Assembly (NCBI GenBank): GCA_040954595.2 | Contig: CM082595.2 | Coordinates: 9,067,510-9,131,509 of the forward strand | Source of the DNA: Balanoglossus misakiensis | Lineage: Eukaryota > Animalia > Hemichordata | DNA length: 64,000 bases | Reading direction: 5' to 3' | In this document: positions 12,601 to 27,600 of the stretch, one piece after another | Layout of the letters: each line of letters begins with the position of its first letter | Position numbering within the stretch: position 1 is the first letter of the stretch | Notes under the pieces: generated by a model | Database searches by the model: none | What the model saw: the letters and a program-made list of their open reading frames with translations, nothing else | What the model was told of the DNA's origin: nothing | Program-made: the position numbers and the translations under genes

Positions 12601-15600
12601 GGGCAGAACACTGTCCACTATGGCCTGGTTACTGTGTGCTCTGGTTAATGTTGACGCAAAGGTTGACCCCACCAAACACTCAAAATTAATGGGCAGAACA
12701 CTGTCCACTACGGCCTGGTTATTGTGTGCTCTGGTTAATGTTGACGCAAAGGTTGACGCCACCAAACACTCAAAATCAATGGGCAGCATACTGTCCACTA
12801 TGGCCTGGTTACTGTGTGCTCTGGTTAATGTTGACGCAAAGGTTGACCCCACCAAACACTCAAAATTAATGGGCAGAACACTGTCCACTATGGCCTGGTT
12901 ACTGTGTGCTCTGGTTAATGTTGACGCAAAGGTTGACCCCACCAAACACTCAAAATTAATGGGCAGCACACTGTCCACTATGGCCTGGTTACTGTGTGCT
13001 CTGGTTAATGTTGACGCAAAGGTTGACCCCACCAAACACTCAAAATTAATGGGCAGAACACTGTCCACTACGGCCTGGTTACTGTGTGCTCTGGTTAATG
13101 TTGACGCAAAGGTTGACCCCACCAAGCACTCAAAATTAATGGGCAGAACACTGTCCACTATGGCCTGGTTACTGTGTGCTCTGGTTAATGTTGACGCAAA
13201 GGTTGACCCCACCAAACACTCAAAATTAATGGGCAGAACACTGTCCACTACGGCCTGGTTACTGTGTGCTCTGGTTAATGTTGACGCAAAGGTTGACCCC
13301 ACCAAACACTCAAAATTAATGGGCAGAACACTGTCCACTACGGCCTGGTTACTGTGTGCTCTGGTTAATGTTGACGCAAAGGTTGACCCCACCAAACACT
13401 CAAAATTAATGGGCAGCACACTGTCCACTATGGCCTGGTTACTGTGTGCTCTGGTTAATGTTGACGCAAAGGTTGACCCCACCAAACACTCAAAATTAAT
13501 GGGCAGAACACTGTCCACTACGGCCTGGTTACTGTGTGCTCTGGTTAATGTTGACGCAAAGGTTGACCCCCACCAAACACTCAAAATTAATGGGCACGAT
13601 ACTGGCCACTCTGGCCTAGTTAATGTTGACGCAAAGGTTGACCCCACCAAACACTCAAAATTAATGGGCACGATACTGGCCACTCTGGCCTAGTTAATGT
13701 TGACGCAAAGGTTGACCCCACCAAACACTCAAAATTAATGGGCACGATACTGGCCACTCTGGCCTAGTTAATGTTGACGCAAAGGTTGACCCCACCAAAC
13801 ACTCAAAATTAATGGGCACGATACTGGCCACTCTGGCCTAGTTAATGTTGACGCAAAGGTTGACCCCACCAAACACTCAAAATTAATGGGCAGAACACTG
13901 TCCACTATGGCCTGGTTACTCTGTGCTCTGGTTAATGTTGACGCAAAGGTTGACCCCACCAAACACTCAAAATTAATGGGCAGAACACTGTCCACTACGG
14001 CCTGGTTACTGTGTGCTCTGGTTAATGTTGACGCAAAGGTTGACCCCACCAAACACTCAAAATTAATGGGCAGAACACTGTCCACTATGGCCTGGTTACT
14101 GTGTGCTCTGGTTAATGTTGACGCAAAGGTTGACCCCACCAAACACTCAAAATTAATGGGCAGAACACTGTCCACTACGGCCTGGTTACTGTGTGCTCTG
14201 GTTAATGTTGACGCAAAGGTTGACCCCACCAAACACTCAAAATTAATGGGCAGCACACTGTCCACTATGGCCTGGTTACTGTGTGCTCTGGTTAATGTTG
14301 ACGCAAAGGTTGACCCCACCAAACACTCAAAATTAATGGGCAGAACACTGTCCACTACGGCCTGGTTACTGTGTGCTCTGGTTAATGTTGACGCAAAGGT
14401 TGACCCCACCAAACACTCAAAATTAATGGGCAGAACACTGTCCACTATGGCCTGGTTACTGTGTGCTCTGGTTAATGTTGACGCAAAGGTTGACCCCACC
14501 AAACACTCAAAATTAATGGGCAGCACACTGTCCACTATGGCCTGGTTACTGTGTGCTCTGGTTAATGTTGACGCAAAGGTTGACCCCACCAAACACTCAA
14601 AATTAATGGGCAGAACACTGTCCACTATGGCCTGGTTACTGTGTGCTCTGGTTAATGATGATGCAAAGGTTGACCCCACCAAACACTCAAAATTAATGGG
14701 CAGGATACTGGCCACTCTGGCCTAGTTAATGTTGACGCAAAGGTTGACCCCCACCAAACACTCAAAATTAATGGGCACGATACTGGCCACTCTGGCCTAG
14801 TTAATGTTGACGCAAAGGTTGACCCCCACGAAACACTCAAAATTAATGGGCACGATACTGGCCACTCTGGCCTAGTTAATGTTGACGCAAAGGTTGACCC
14901 CACCAAACACTCAAAATTAATGGGCAGCACACTGTCCACTACGGCCTGGTTACTGTGTGCTCTGGTTAATGTTGACGCAAAGGTTGACCCCACCAAACAC
15001 TCAAAATTAATGGGCAGAACACTGTCCACTATGGCCTGGTTACTGTGTGCTCTGGTTAATGTTGACGCAAAGGTTGACCCCACCAAACACTCAAAATTAA
15101 TGGGCAGAACACTGTCCACTACGGCCTGGTTATTGTGTGCTCTGGTTAATGTTGACGCAAAGGTTGACGCCACCAAACACTCAAAATCAATGGGCAGCAT
15201 ACTGTCCACTATGGCCTGGTTACTGTGTGCTCTGGTTAATGTTGACGCAAAGGTTGACCCCACCAAACACTCAAAATTAATGGGCAGCACACTGTCCACT
15301 ATGGCCTGGTTACTGTGTGCTCTGGTTAATGTTGACGCAAAGGTTGACCCCACCAAACACTCAAAATTAATGGGCAGAACACTGTCCACTATGGCCTGGT
15401 TACTGTGTGCTCTGGTTAATGTTGACGCAAAGGTTGACCCCACCAAACACTCAAAATTAATGGGCAGAACACTGTCCACTACGGCCTGGTTACTGTGTGC
15501 TCTGGTTAATGTTGACGCAAAGGTTGACCCCACCAAACACTCAAAATTAATGGGCAGAACACTGTCCACTACGGCCTGGTTACTGTGTGCTCTGGTTAAT

Positions 15601-18600
15601 GTTGACGCAAAGGTTGACCCCACCAAACACTCAAAATTAATGGGCAGAACACTGTCCACTACGGCCTGGTTACTGTGTGCTCTGGTTAATGTTGACGCAA
15701 AGGTTGACCCCCACCAAACACTCAAAATTAATGGGCACGATACTGGCCACTCTGGCCTAGTTAATGTTGACGCAAAGGTTGACCCCACCAAACACTCAAA
15801 ATTAATGGGCACGATACTGGCCACTCTGGCCTAGTTAATGTTGACGCAAAGGTTGACCCCACCAAACACTCAAAATTAATGGGCACGATACTGGCCACTC
15901 TGGCCTAGTTAATGTTGACGCAAAGGTTGACCCCACCAAACACTCAAAATTAATGGGCACGATACTGGCCACTCTGGCCTAGTTAATGTTGACGCAAAGG
16001 TTGACCCCACCAAACACTCAAAATTAATGGGCAGAACACTGTCCACTATGGCCTGGTTACTCTGTGCTCTGGTTAATGTTGACGCAAAGGTTGACCCCAC
16101 CAAACACTCAAAATTAATGGGCAGAACACTGTCCACTACGGCCTGGTTACTGTGTGCTCTGGTTAATGTTGACGCAAAGGTTGACCCCACCAAACACTCA
16201 AAATTAATGGGCAGAACACTGTCCACTATGGCCTGGTTACTGTGTGCTCTGGTTAATGTTGACGCAAAGGTTGACCCCACCAAACACTCAAAATTAATGG
16301 GCAGAACACTGTCCACTACGGCCTGGTTACTGTGTGCTCTGGTTAATGTTGACGCAAAGGTTGACCCCACCAAACACTCAAAATTAATGGGCAGCACACT
16401 GTCCACTATGGCCTGGTTACTGTGTGCTCTGGTTAATGTTGACGCAAAGGTTGACCCCACCAAACACTCAAAATTAATGGGCAGAACACTGTCCACTACG
16501 GCCTGGTTACTGTGTGCTCTGGTTAATGTTGACGCAAAGGTTGACCCCACCAAACACTCAAAATTAATGGGCAGAACACTGTCCACTATGGCCTGGTTAC
16601 TGTGTGCTCTGGTTAATGTTGACGCAAAGGTTGACCCCACCAAACACTCAAAATTAATGGGCAGCACACTGTCCACTATGGCCTGGTTACTGTGTGCTCT
16701 GGTTAATGTTGACGCAAAGGTTGACCCCACCAAACACTCAAAATTAATGGGCAGAACACTGTCCACTATGGCCTGGTTACTGTGTGCTCTGGTTAATGAT
16801 GATGCAAAGGTTGACCCCACCAAACACTCAAAATTAATGGGCAGGATACTGGCCACTCTGGCCTAGTTAATGTTGACGCAAAGGTTGACCCCCACCAAAC
16901 ACTCAAAATTAATGGGCACGATACTGGCCACTCTGGCCTAGTTAATGTTGACGCAAAGGTTGACCCCCACGAAACACTCAAAATTAATGGGCACGATACT
17001 GGCCACTCTGGCCTAGTTAATGTTGACGCAAAGGTTGACCCCACCAAACACTCAAAATTAATGGGCAGCACACTGTCCACTACGGCCTGGTTACTGTGTG
17101 CTCTGGTTAATGTTGACGCAAAGGTTGACCCCACCAAACACTCAAAATTAATGGGCAGAACACTGTCCACTATGGCCTGGTTACTGTGTGCTCTGGTTAA
17201 TGTTGACGCAAAGGTTGACCCCACCAAACACTCAAAATTAATGGGCAGAACACTGTCCACTACGGCCTGGTTATTGTGTGCTCTGGTTAATGTTGACGCA
17301 AAGGTTGACGCCACCAAACACTCAAAATAAATGGGCAGCATACTGTCCACTATGGCCTGGTTACTGTGTGCTCTGGTTAATGTTGACGCAAAGGTTGACC
17401 CCACCAAACACTCAAAATTAATGGGCAGCACACTGTCCACTATGGCCTGGTTACTGTGTGCTCTGGTTAATGTTGACGCAAAGGTTGACCCCACCAAACA
17501 CTCAAAATTAATGGGCAGAACACTGTCCACTATGGCCTGGTTACTGTGTGCTCTGGTTAATGTTGACGCAAAGGTTGACCCCACCAAACACTCAAAATTA
17601 ATGGGCAGAACACTGTCCACTACGGCCTGGTTACTGTGTGCTCTGGTTAATGTTGACGCAAAGGTTGACCCCACCAAACACTCAAAATTAATGGGCAGAA
17701 CACTGTCCACTACGGCCTGGTTACTGTGTGCTCTGGTTAATGTTGACGCAAAGGTTGACCCCACCAAACACTCAAAATTAATGGGCAGCACACTGTCCAC
17801 TATGGCCTGGTTACTGTGTGCTCTGGTTAATGTTGACGCAAAGGTTGACCCCACCAAACACTCAAAATTAATGGGCAGAACACTGTCCACTACGGCCTGG
17901 TTACTGTGTGCTCTGGTTAATGTTGACGCAAAGGTTGACCCCCACCAAACACTCAAAATTAATGGGCACGATACTGGCCACTCTGGCCTAGTTAATGTTG
18001 ACGCAAAGGTTGACCCCACCAAACACTCAAAATTAATGGGCACGATACTGGCCACTCTGGCCTAGTTAATGTTGACGCAAAGGTTGACCCCACCAAACAC
18101 TCAAAATTAATGGGCACGATACTGGCCACTCTGGCCTAGTTAATGTTGACGCAAAGGTTGACCCCACCAAACACTCAAAATTAATGGGCAGCACACTGTC
18201 CACTACGGCCTGGTTACTGTGTGCTCTGGTTAATGTTGACGCAAAGGTTGACCCCACCAAACACTCAAAATTAATGGGCAGAACACTGTCCACTATGGCC
18301 TGGTTACTGTGTGCTCTGGTTAATGTTGACGCAAAGGTTGACCCCACCAAACACTCAAAATTAATGGGCAGAACACTGTCCACTACGGCCTGGTTATTGT
18401 GTGCTCTGGTTAATGTTGACGCAAAGGTTGACGCCACCAAACACTCAAAATCAATGGGCAGCATACTGTCCACTATGGCCTGGTTACTGTGTGCTCTGGT
18501 TAATGTTGACGCAAAGGTTGACCCCACCAAACACTCAAAATTAATGGGCAGCACACTGTCCACTATGGCCTGGTTACTGTGTGCTCTGGTTAATGTTGAC

Positions 18601-21600
18601 GCAAAGGTTGACCCCACCAAACACTCAAAATTAATGGGCAGAACACTGTCCACTATGGCCTGGTTACTGTGTGCTCTGGTTAATGTTGACGCAAAGGTTG
18701 ACCCCACCAAACACTCAAAATTAATGGGCAGAACACTGTCCACTACGGCCTGGTTACTGTGTGCTCTGGTTAATGTTGACGCAAAGGTTGACCCCACCAA
18801 ACACTCAAAATTAATGGGCAGAACACTGTCCACTACGGCCTGGTTACTGTGTGCTCTGGTTAATGTTGACGCAAAGGTTGACCCCACCAAACACTCAAAA
18901 TTAATGGGCAGCACACTGTCCACTATGGCCTGGTTACTGTGTGCTCTGGTTAATGTTGACGCAAAGGTTGACCCCACCAAACACTCAAAATTAATGGGCA
19001 GAACACTGTCCACTACGGCCTGGTTACTGTGTGCTCTGGTTAATGTTGACGCAAAGGTTGACCCCCACCAAACACTCAAAATTAATGGGCACGATACTGG
19101 CCACTCTGGCCTAGTTAATGTTGACGCAAAGGTTGACCCCACCAAACACTCAAAATTAATGGGCACGATACTGGCCACTCTGGCCTAGTTAATGTTGACG
19201 CAAAGGTTGACCCCACCAAACACTCAAAATTAATGGGCACGATACTGGCCACTCTGGCCTAGTTAATGTTGACGCAAAGGTTGACCCCACCAAACACTCA
19301 AAATTAATGGGCAGAACACTGTCCACTATGGCCTGGTTACTCTGTGCTCTGGTTAATGTTGACGCAAAGGTTGACCCCACCAAACACTCAAAATTAATGG
19401 GCAGAACACTGTCCACTACGGCCTGGTTACTGTGTGCTCTGGTTAATGTTGACGCAAAGGTTGACCCCACCAAACACTCAAAATTAATGGGCAGAACACT
19501 GTCCACTATGGCCTGGTTACTGTGTGCTCTGGTTAATGTTGACGCAAAGGTTGACCCCACCAAACACTCAAAATTAATGGGCAGAACACTGTCCACTACG
19601 GCCTGGTTACTGTGTGCTCTGGTTAATGTTGACGCAAAGGTTGACCCCACCAAACACTCAAAATTAATGGGCAGCACACTGTCCACTATGGCCTGGTTAC
19701 TGTGTGCTCTGGTTAATGTTGACGCAAAGGTTGACCCCACCAAACACTCAAAATTAATGGGCAGAACACTGTCCACTACGGCCTGGTTACTGTGTGCTCT
19801 GGTTAATGTTGACGCAAAGGTTGACCCCACCAAACACTCAAAATTAATGGGCAGAACACTGTCCACTATGGCCTGGTTACTGTGTGCTCTGGTTAATGTT
19901 GACGCAAAGGTTGACCCCACCAAACACTCAAAATTAATGGGCAGCACACTGTCCACTATGGCCTGGTTACTGTGTGCTCTGGTTAATGTTGACGCAAAGG
20001 TTGACCCCACCAAACACTCAAAATTAATGGGCAGAACACTGTCCACTACGGCCTGGTTACTGTGTGCTCTGGTTAATGTTGACGCAAAGGTTGACCCCAC
20101 CAAACACTCAAAATTAATGGGCAGAACACTGTCCACTACGGCCTGGTTACTGTGTGCTCTGGTTAATGTTGACGCAAAGGTTGACCCCACCAAACACTCA
20201 AAATTAATGGGCAGAACACTGTCCACTACGGCCTGGTTACTGTGTGCTCTGGTTAATGTTGACGCAAAGGTTGACCCCACCAAACACTCAAAATTAATGG
20301 GCAGAACACTGTCCACTACGGCCTGGTTACTGTGTGCTCTGGTTAATGTTGACGCAAAGGTTGACCCCACTACGGCCTGGTTACTGTGTGCTCTGGTTAA
20401 TGTTGACGCAAAGGTTGACCCCACCAAACACTCAAAATTAATGGGCAGAACACTGTCCACTATGGCCTGGTTACTGTGTGCTCTGGTTAATGTTGACGCA
20501 AAGGTTGACCCCACCAAACACTCAAAATTAATGGGCAGAACACTGTCCACTACGGCCTGGTTACTGTGTGCTCTGGTTAATGTTGACGCAAAGGTTGACC
20601 CCACCAAACACTCAAAATTAATGGGCAGCACACTGTCCACTATGGCCTGGTTACTGTGTGCTCTGGTTAATGTTGACGCAAAGGTTGACCCCACCAAACA
20701 CTCAAAATTAATGGGCAGAACACTGTCCACTACGGCCTGGTTACTGTGTGCTCTGGTTAATGTTGACGCAAAGGTTGACCCCACCAAACACTCAAAATTA
20801 ATGGGCAGCACACTGTCCACTATGGCCTGGTTACTGTGTGCTCTGGTTAATGTTGACGCAAAGGTTGACCCCACCAAACACTCAAAATTAATGGGCAGAA
20901 CACTGTCCACTACGGCCTGGTTACTGTGTGCTCTGGTTAATGTTGACGCAAAGGTTGACCCCACCAAACACTCAAAATTAATGGGCAGAACACTGTCCAC
21001 TATGGCCTGGTTACTGTGTGCTCTGGTTAATGTTGACGCAAAGGTTGACCCCACCAAACACTCAAAATTAATGGGCAGAACACTGTCCACTACGGCCTGG
21101 TTACTGTGTGCTCTGGTTAATGTTGATGCAAAGGTTGACCCCACCAAACACTCAAAATTAATGGGCAGAACACTGTCCACTACGGCCTGGTTACTGTGTG
21201 CTCTGGTTAATGTTGACGCAAAGGTTGACCCCACCAAACACTCAAAATTAATGGGCAGAACACTGTCCACTACGGCCTGGTTACTGTGTGCTCTGGTTAA
21301 TGTTGACGCAAAGGTTGACCCCACCAAACACTCAAAATTAATGGGCAGAACACTGTCCACTACGGCCTGGTTACTGTGTGCTCTGGTTAATGTTGACGCA
21401 AAGGTTGACCCCACCAAACACTCAAAATTAATGGGCAGAACACTGTCCACTACGGCCTGGTTACTGTGTGCTCTGGTTAATGTTGACGCAAAGGTTGACC
21501 CCACCAAACACTCAAAATTAATGGGCAGAACACTGTCCACTACGGCCTGGTTACTGTGTGCTCTGGTTAATGTTGACGCAAAGGTTGACCCCACCAAACA

Positions 21601-24600
21601 CTCAAAATTAATGGGCAGCACACTGTCCACTATGGCCTGGTTACTGTGTGCTCTGGTTAATGTTGACGCAAAGGTTGACCCCACCAAACACTCAAAATTA
21701 ATGGGCAGAACACTGTCCACTACGGCCTGGTTACTGTGTGCTCTGGTTAATGTTGACGCAATGGTTGACCCCACCAAACACTCAAAATTAATGGGCAGAA
21801 CACTGTCCACTATGGCCTGGTTACTGTGTGCTCTGGTTAATGTTGACGCAAAGGTTGACCCCACCAAACACTCAAAATTAATGGGCAGAACACTGTCCAC
21901 TACGGTCTGGTTACTGTGTGCTCTGGTTAATGTTGACGCAAAGGTTGACCCCACCAAACACTCAAAATTAATGGGCAGAACACTGTCCACTATGGCCTGG
22001 TTACTGTGTGCTCTGGTTAATGTTGACGCAAAGGTTGACCCCACCAAACACTCAAAATTAATGGGCAGAACACTGTCCACTATGGCCTGGTTACTGTGTG
22101 CTCTGGTTAATGTTGACGCAAAGGTTGACCCCACCAAACACTCAAAATTAATGGGCAGAACACTGTCCACTACGGCCTGGTTACTGTGTGCGCTGGTTAA
22201 TGTTGACGCAAAGGTTGACCCCCACCAAACACTCAAAATTAATGGGCACGATACTGGCCACTCTGGCCTAGTTAATGTTGACGCAAAGGTTGACCCCACC
22301 AAACACTCAAAATTAATGGGCACGATACTGGCCACTCTGGCCTAGTTAATGTTGACGCAAAGGTTGACCCCACCAAACACTCAAAATTAATGGGCACGAT
22401 ACTGGCCACTCTGGCCTAGTTAATGTTGACGCAAAGGTTGACCCCACCAAACACTCAAAATTAATGGGCACGATACTGGCCACTCTGGCCTAGTTAATGT
22501 TGACGCAAAGGTTGACCCCACCAAACACTCAAAATTAATGGGCACGATACTGGCCACTCTGGCCTAGTTAATGTTGACGCAAAGGTTGACCCCACCAAAC
22601 ACTCAAAATTAATGGGCAGAACACTGTCCACTACGGCCTGGTTACTGTGTGCTCTGGTTAATGTTGACGCAAAGGTTGACCCCACCAAACACTCAACATT
22701 AATGGGCAGAACACTGTCCACTCGACCTGGTTACTGTGTGCTCTGGTTAATGTTGACGCAAAGGTTGACCCCACCAAACACTCAAAATTAATGGGGAGAA
22801 CACTGTCCACTACGGCCTGGTTACTGTGTGCTCTGGTTAATGTTGACGCAAAGGTTGACCCCACCAAACACTCAAAATTAATGGGCAGCACACTGTCCAC
22901 TATGGCCTGGTTACTGTGTGCTCTGGTTAATGTTGACGCAAAGGTTGACCCCACCAAACACTCAAAATTAATGGGCAGAACACTGTCCACTACGGCCTGG
23001 TTACTGTGTGCTCTGGTTAATGTTGACGCAAAGGTTGACCCCCATCAAACACTCAAAATTAATGGGCACGATACTGGCCACTCTGGCCTGGTTACTGTGT
23101 GCTCTGGTTAATGTTGACGCAAAGGTTGACCCCACCAAACACTCAAAATTAATGGGCAGAACACTGTCCACTACGGCCTGGTTACTGTGTGCTCTGGTTA
23201 ATGTTGACGCAAAGGTTGACCACACCAAACACTCAAAATTAATGGGCAGAACACTGTCCACTACGGCCTGGTTACTGTGTGCTCTGGTTAATGTTGACGC
23301 AAAGGTTGACCCCACCAAACACTCAAAATTAATGGGCAGAACACTGTCCACTATGGCCTGGTTACTGTGTGCTCTGGTTAATGTTGACGCAAAGGTTGAC
23401 CCCACCAAACACTCAAAATTAATGGGCAGAACACTGTCCACTACGGCCTGGTTACTGTGTGCTCTGGTTAATGTTGACGCAAAGGTTGACCCCACCAAAC
23501 ACTCAAAATTAATGGGCAGCACACTGTCCACTATGGCCTGGTTACTGTGTGCTCTGGTTAATGTTGACGCAAAGGTTGACCCCACCAAACACTCAAAATT
23601 AATGGGCAGAACACTGTCCACTACAGCCTGGTTACTGTGTGCTCTGGTTAATGTTGACGCAAAGGTTGACCCCACCAAACACTCAAAATTAATGGGCAGA
23701 ACACTGTCCACTATGGCCTGGTTACTGTGTGCTCTGGTTAATGTTGACGCAAAGGTTGACCCCACCAAACACTTAAAATTAATGGGCAGAACACTGTCCA
23801 CTACGGCCTGGTTACTGTGTGCTCTGGTTAATGTTGACGCAAAGGTTGACCCCACCAAACACTCAAAATTAATGGGCAGAACACTGTCCACTACGGCCTG
23901 GTTACTGTGTGCTCTGGTTAATGTTGACGCAAAGGTTGACCCCACCAAACACTCAAAATTAATGGGCAGAACACTGTCCACTATGGCCTGGTTACTGTGT
24001 GCTCTGGTTAATGTTGACGCAAAGGTTGACCCCACCAAACACTCAAAATTAATGGGCAGCACACTGTCCACTATGGCCTGGTTACTGTGTGCTCTGGTTA
24101 ATGTTGACGCAAAGGTTGACCCCACCAAACACTCAAAATTAATGGGCAGAACACTGTCCACTACGGCCTGGTTACTGTGTGCTCTGGTTAATGTTGACGC
24201 AAAGGTTGACCCCCACCAAACACTCAAAATTAATGGGCACGATACTGGCCACTCTGGCCTAGTTAATGTTGACGCAAAGGTTGACCCCACCAAACACTCA
24301 AAATTAATGGGCACGATACTGGCCACTCTGGCCTAGTTAATGTTGACGCAAAGGTTGACCCCACCAAACACTCAAAATTAATGGGCACGATACTGGCCAC
24401 TCTGGCCTAGTTAATGTTGACGCAAAGGTTGACCCCACCAAACACTCAAAATTAATGGGCACGATACTGGCCACTCTGGCCTAGTTAATGTTGACGCAAA
24501 GGTTGACCCCACCAAACACTCAAAATTAATGGGCACGATACTGGCCACTCTGGCCTAGTTAATGTTGACGCAAAGGTTGACCCCACCAAACACTCAAAAT

Positions 24601-27600
24601 TAATGGGCACGATACTGGCCACTCTGGCCTAGTTAATGTTGACGCAAAGGTTGACCCCACCAAACACTCAAAATTAATGGGCAGAACACTGTCCACTACG
24701 GCCTGGTTACTGTGTGCTCTGGTTAATGTTGACGCAAAGGTTGACCCCACCAAACACTCAAAATTAATGGGCAGAACACTGTCCACTACAGCCTGGTTAC
24801 TGTGTGCTCTGGTTAATGTTGACGCAAAGGTTGACCCCACCAAACACTCAAAATTAATGGGCAGAACACTGTCCACTATGGCCTGGTTACTGTGTGCTCT
24901 GGTTAATGTTGACGCAAAGGTTGACCCCACCAAACACTCAAAATTAATGGGCAGAACACTGTCCACTACGGCCTGGTTACTGTGTGCTCTGGTTAATGTT
25001 GACGCAAAGGTTGACCCCACCAAACACTTAAAATTAATGGGCAGAACACTGTCCACTACGGCCTGGTTACTGTGTGCTCTGGTTAATGTTGACGCAAAGG
25101 TTGACCCCACCAAACACTCAAAATTAATGGGCAGAACACTGTCCACTACGGCCTGGTTACTGTGTGCTCTGGTTAATGTTGACGCAAAGGTTGACCCCAC
25201 CAAACACTCAAAATTATTGGGCAGAACACTGTCCACTATGGCCTGGTTACTGTGTGCTCTGGTTAATGTTGACGCAAAGGTTGACCCCACCAAACACTCA
25301 AAATTAATGGGCAGCACACTGTCCACTATGGCCTGGTTACTGTGTGCTCTGGTTAATGTTGACGCAAAGGTTGACCCCACCAAACACTCAAAATTAATGG
25401 GCAGAACACTGTCCACTACGGCCTGGTTACTGTGTGCTCTGGTTAATGTTGACGCAAAGGTTGACCCCCACCAAACACTCAAAATTAATGGGCACGATAC
25501 TGGCCACTCTGGCCTAGTTAATGTTGACGCAAAGGTTGACCCCACCAAACACTCAAAATTAATGGGCACGATACTGGCCACTCTGGCCTAGTTAATGTTG
25601 ACGCAAAGGTTGACCCCACCAAACACTCAAAATTAATGGGCACGATACTGGCCACTCTGGCCTAGTTAATGTTGACGCAAAGGTTGACCCCACCAAACAC
25701 TCAAAATTAATGGGCACGATACTGGCCACTCTGGCCTAGTTAATGTTGACGCAAAGGTTGACCCCACCAAACACTCAAAATTAATGGGCACGATACTGGC
25801 CACTCTGGCCTAGTTAATGTTGACGCAAAGGTTGACCCCACCAAACACTCAAAATTAATGGGCACGATACTGGCCACTCTGGCCTAGTTAATGTTGATGC
25901 AAAGGTTGACCCCACCAAACACTCAAAATTAATGGGCAGAACACTGTCCACTACGGCCTGGTTACTGTGTGCTCTGGTTAATGTTGACGCAAAGGTTGAC
26001 CCCACCAAACACTCAAAATTAATGGGCAGAACACTGTCCACTCGACCTGGTTACTGTGTGCTCTGGTTAATGTTGACGCAAAGGTTGACCCCCACCAAAC
26101 ACTCAAAATTAATGGGCACGATACTGGCCACTCTGGCCTAGTTAATGTTGACGCAAAGGTTGACCCCACCAAACACTCAAAATTAATGGGCACGATACTG
26201 GCCACTCTGGCCTAGTTAATGTTGACGCAAAGGTTGACCCCACCAAACACTCAAAATTAATGGGCACGATACTGGCCACTCTGGCCTAGTTAATGTTGAC
26301 GCAAAGGTTGACCCCACCAAACACTCAAAATTAATGGGCACGATACTGGCCACTCTGGCCTAGTTAATGTTGACGCAAAGGTTGACCCCACCAAACACTC
26401 AAAATTAATGGGCACGATACTGGCCACTCTGGCCTAGTTAATGTTGACGCAAAGGTTGACCCCACCAAACACTCAAAATTAATGGGCACGATACTGGCCA
26501 CTCTGGCCTAGTTAATGTTGACGCAAAGGTTGACCCCACCAAACACTCAAAATTAATGGGCACGATACTGGCCACTCTGGCCTAGTTAATGTTGACGCAA
26601 AGGTTGACCCCACCAAACACTCAAAATTAATGGGCACGATACTGGCCACTCTGGCCTAGTTAATGTTGACGCAAAGGTTGACCCCACCAAACACTCAAAA
26701 TTAATGGGCAGAACACTGTCCACTACGGCCTGGTTACTGTGTGCTCTGGTTAATGTTGACGCAAAGGTTGACCCCACCAAACACTCAAAATTAATGGGCA
26801 GAACACTGTCCACTACGGCCTGGTTACTGTGTGCTCTGGTTAATGTTGACGCAAAGGTTGACCCCACCAAACACTCAAAATTAATGGGCAGAACACTGTC
26901 CACTACGGCCTGGTTACTGTGTGCTCTGGTTAATGTTGACGCAAAGGTTGACCCCACCAAACACTCAAAATTAATGGGCAGAACACTGTCCACTACGGCC
27001 TGGTTACTGTGTGCTCTGGTTAATGTTGACGCAAAGGTTGACCCCACCAAACACCCAAAATTAATGGGCAGAACACTGTCCACTACGGCCTGGTTACTGT
27101 GTGCTCTGGTTAATGTTGACGCAAAGGTTGACACCACCAAACACTCAAAATTAATGGGCAGCACACTGTCCACTATGGCCTGGTTACTGTGTGCTCTGGT
27201 TAATGTTGACGCAAAGGTTGACCCCACCAAACACTCAAAATTAATGGGCAGAACACTGTCCACTACGGCCTGGTTACTGTGTGCTCTGGTTAATGTTGAC
27301 GCAAAGGTTGACCCCCACCAAACACTCAAAATTAATGGGCACGATACTGGCCACTCTGGCCTAGTTAATGTTGACGCAAAGGTTGACCCCACCAAACACT
27401 CAAAATTAATGGGCACGATACTGGCCACTCTGGCCTAGTTAATGTTGACGCAAAGGTTGACCCCACCAAACACTCAAAATTAATGGGCACGATACTGGCC
27501 ACTCTGGCCTAGTTAATGTTGACGCAAAGGTTGACCCCACCAAACACTCAAAATTAATGGGCACGATACTGGCCACTCTGGCCTAGTTAATGTTGACGCA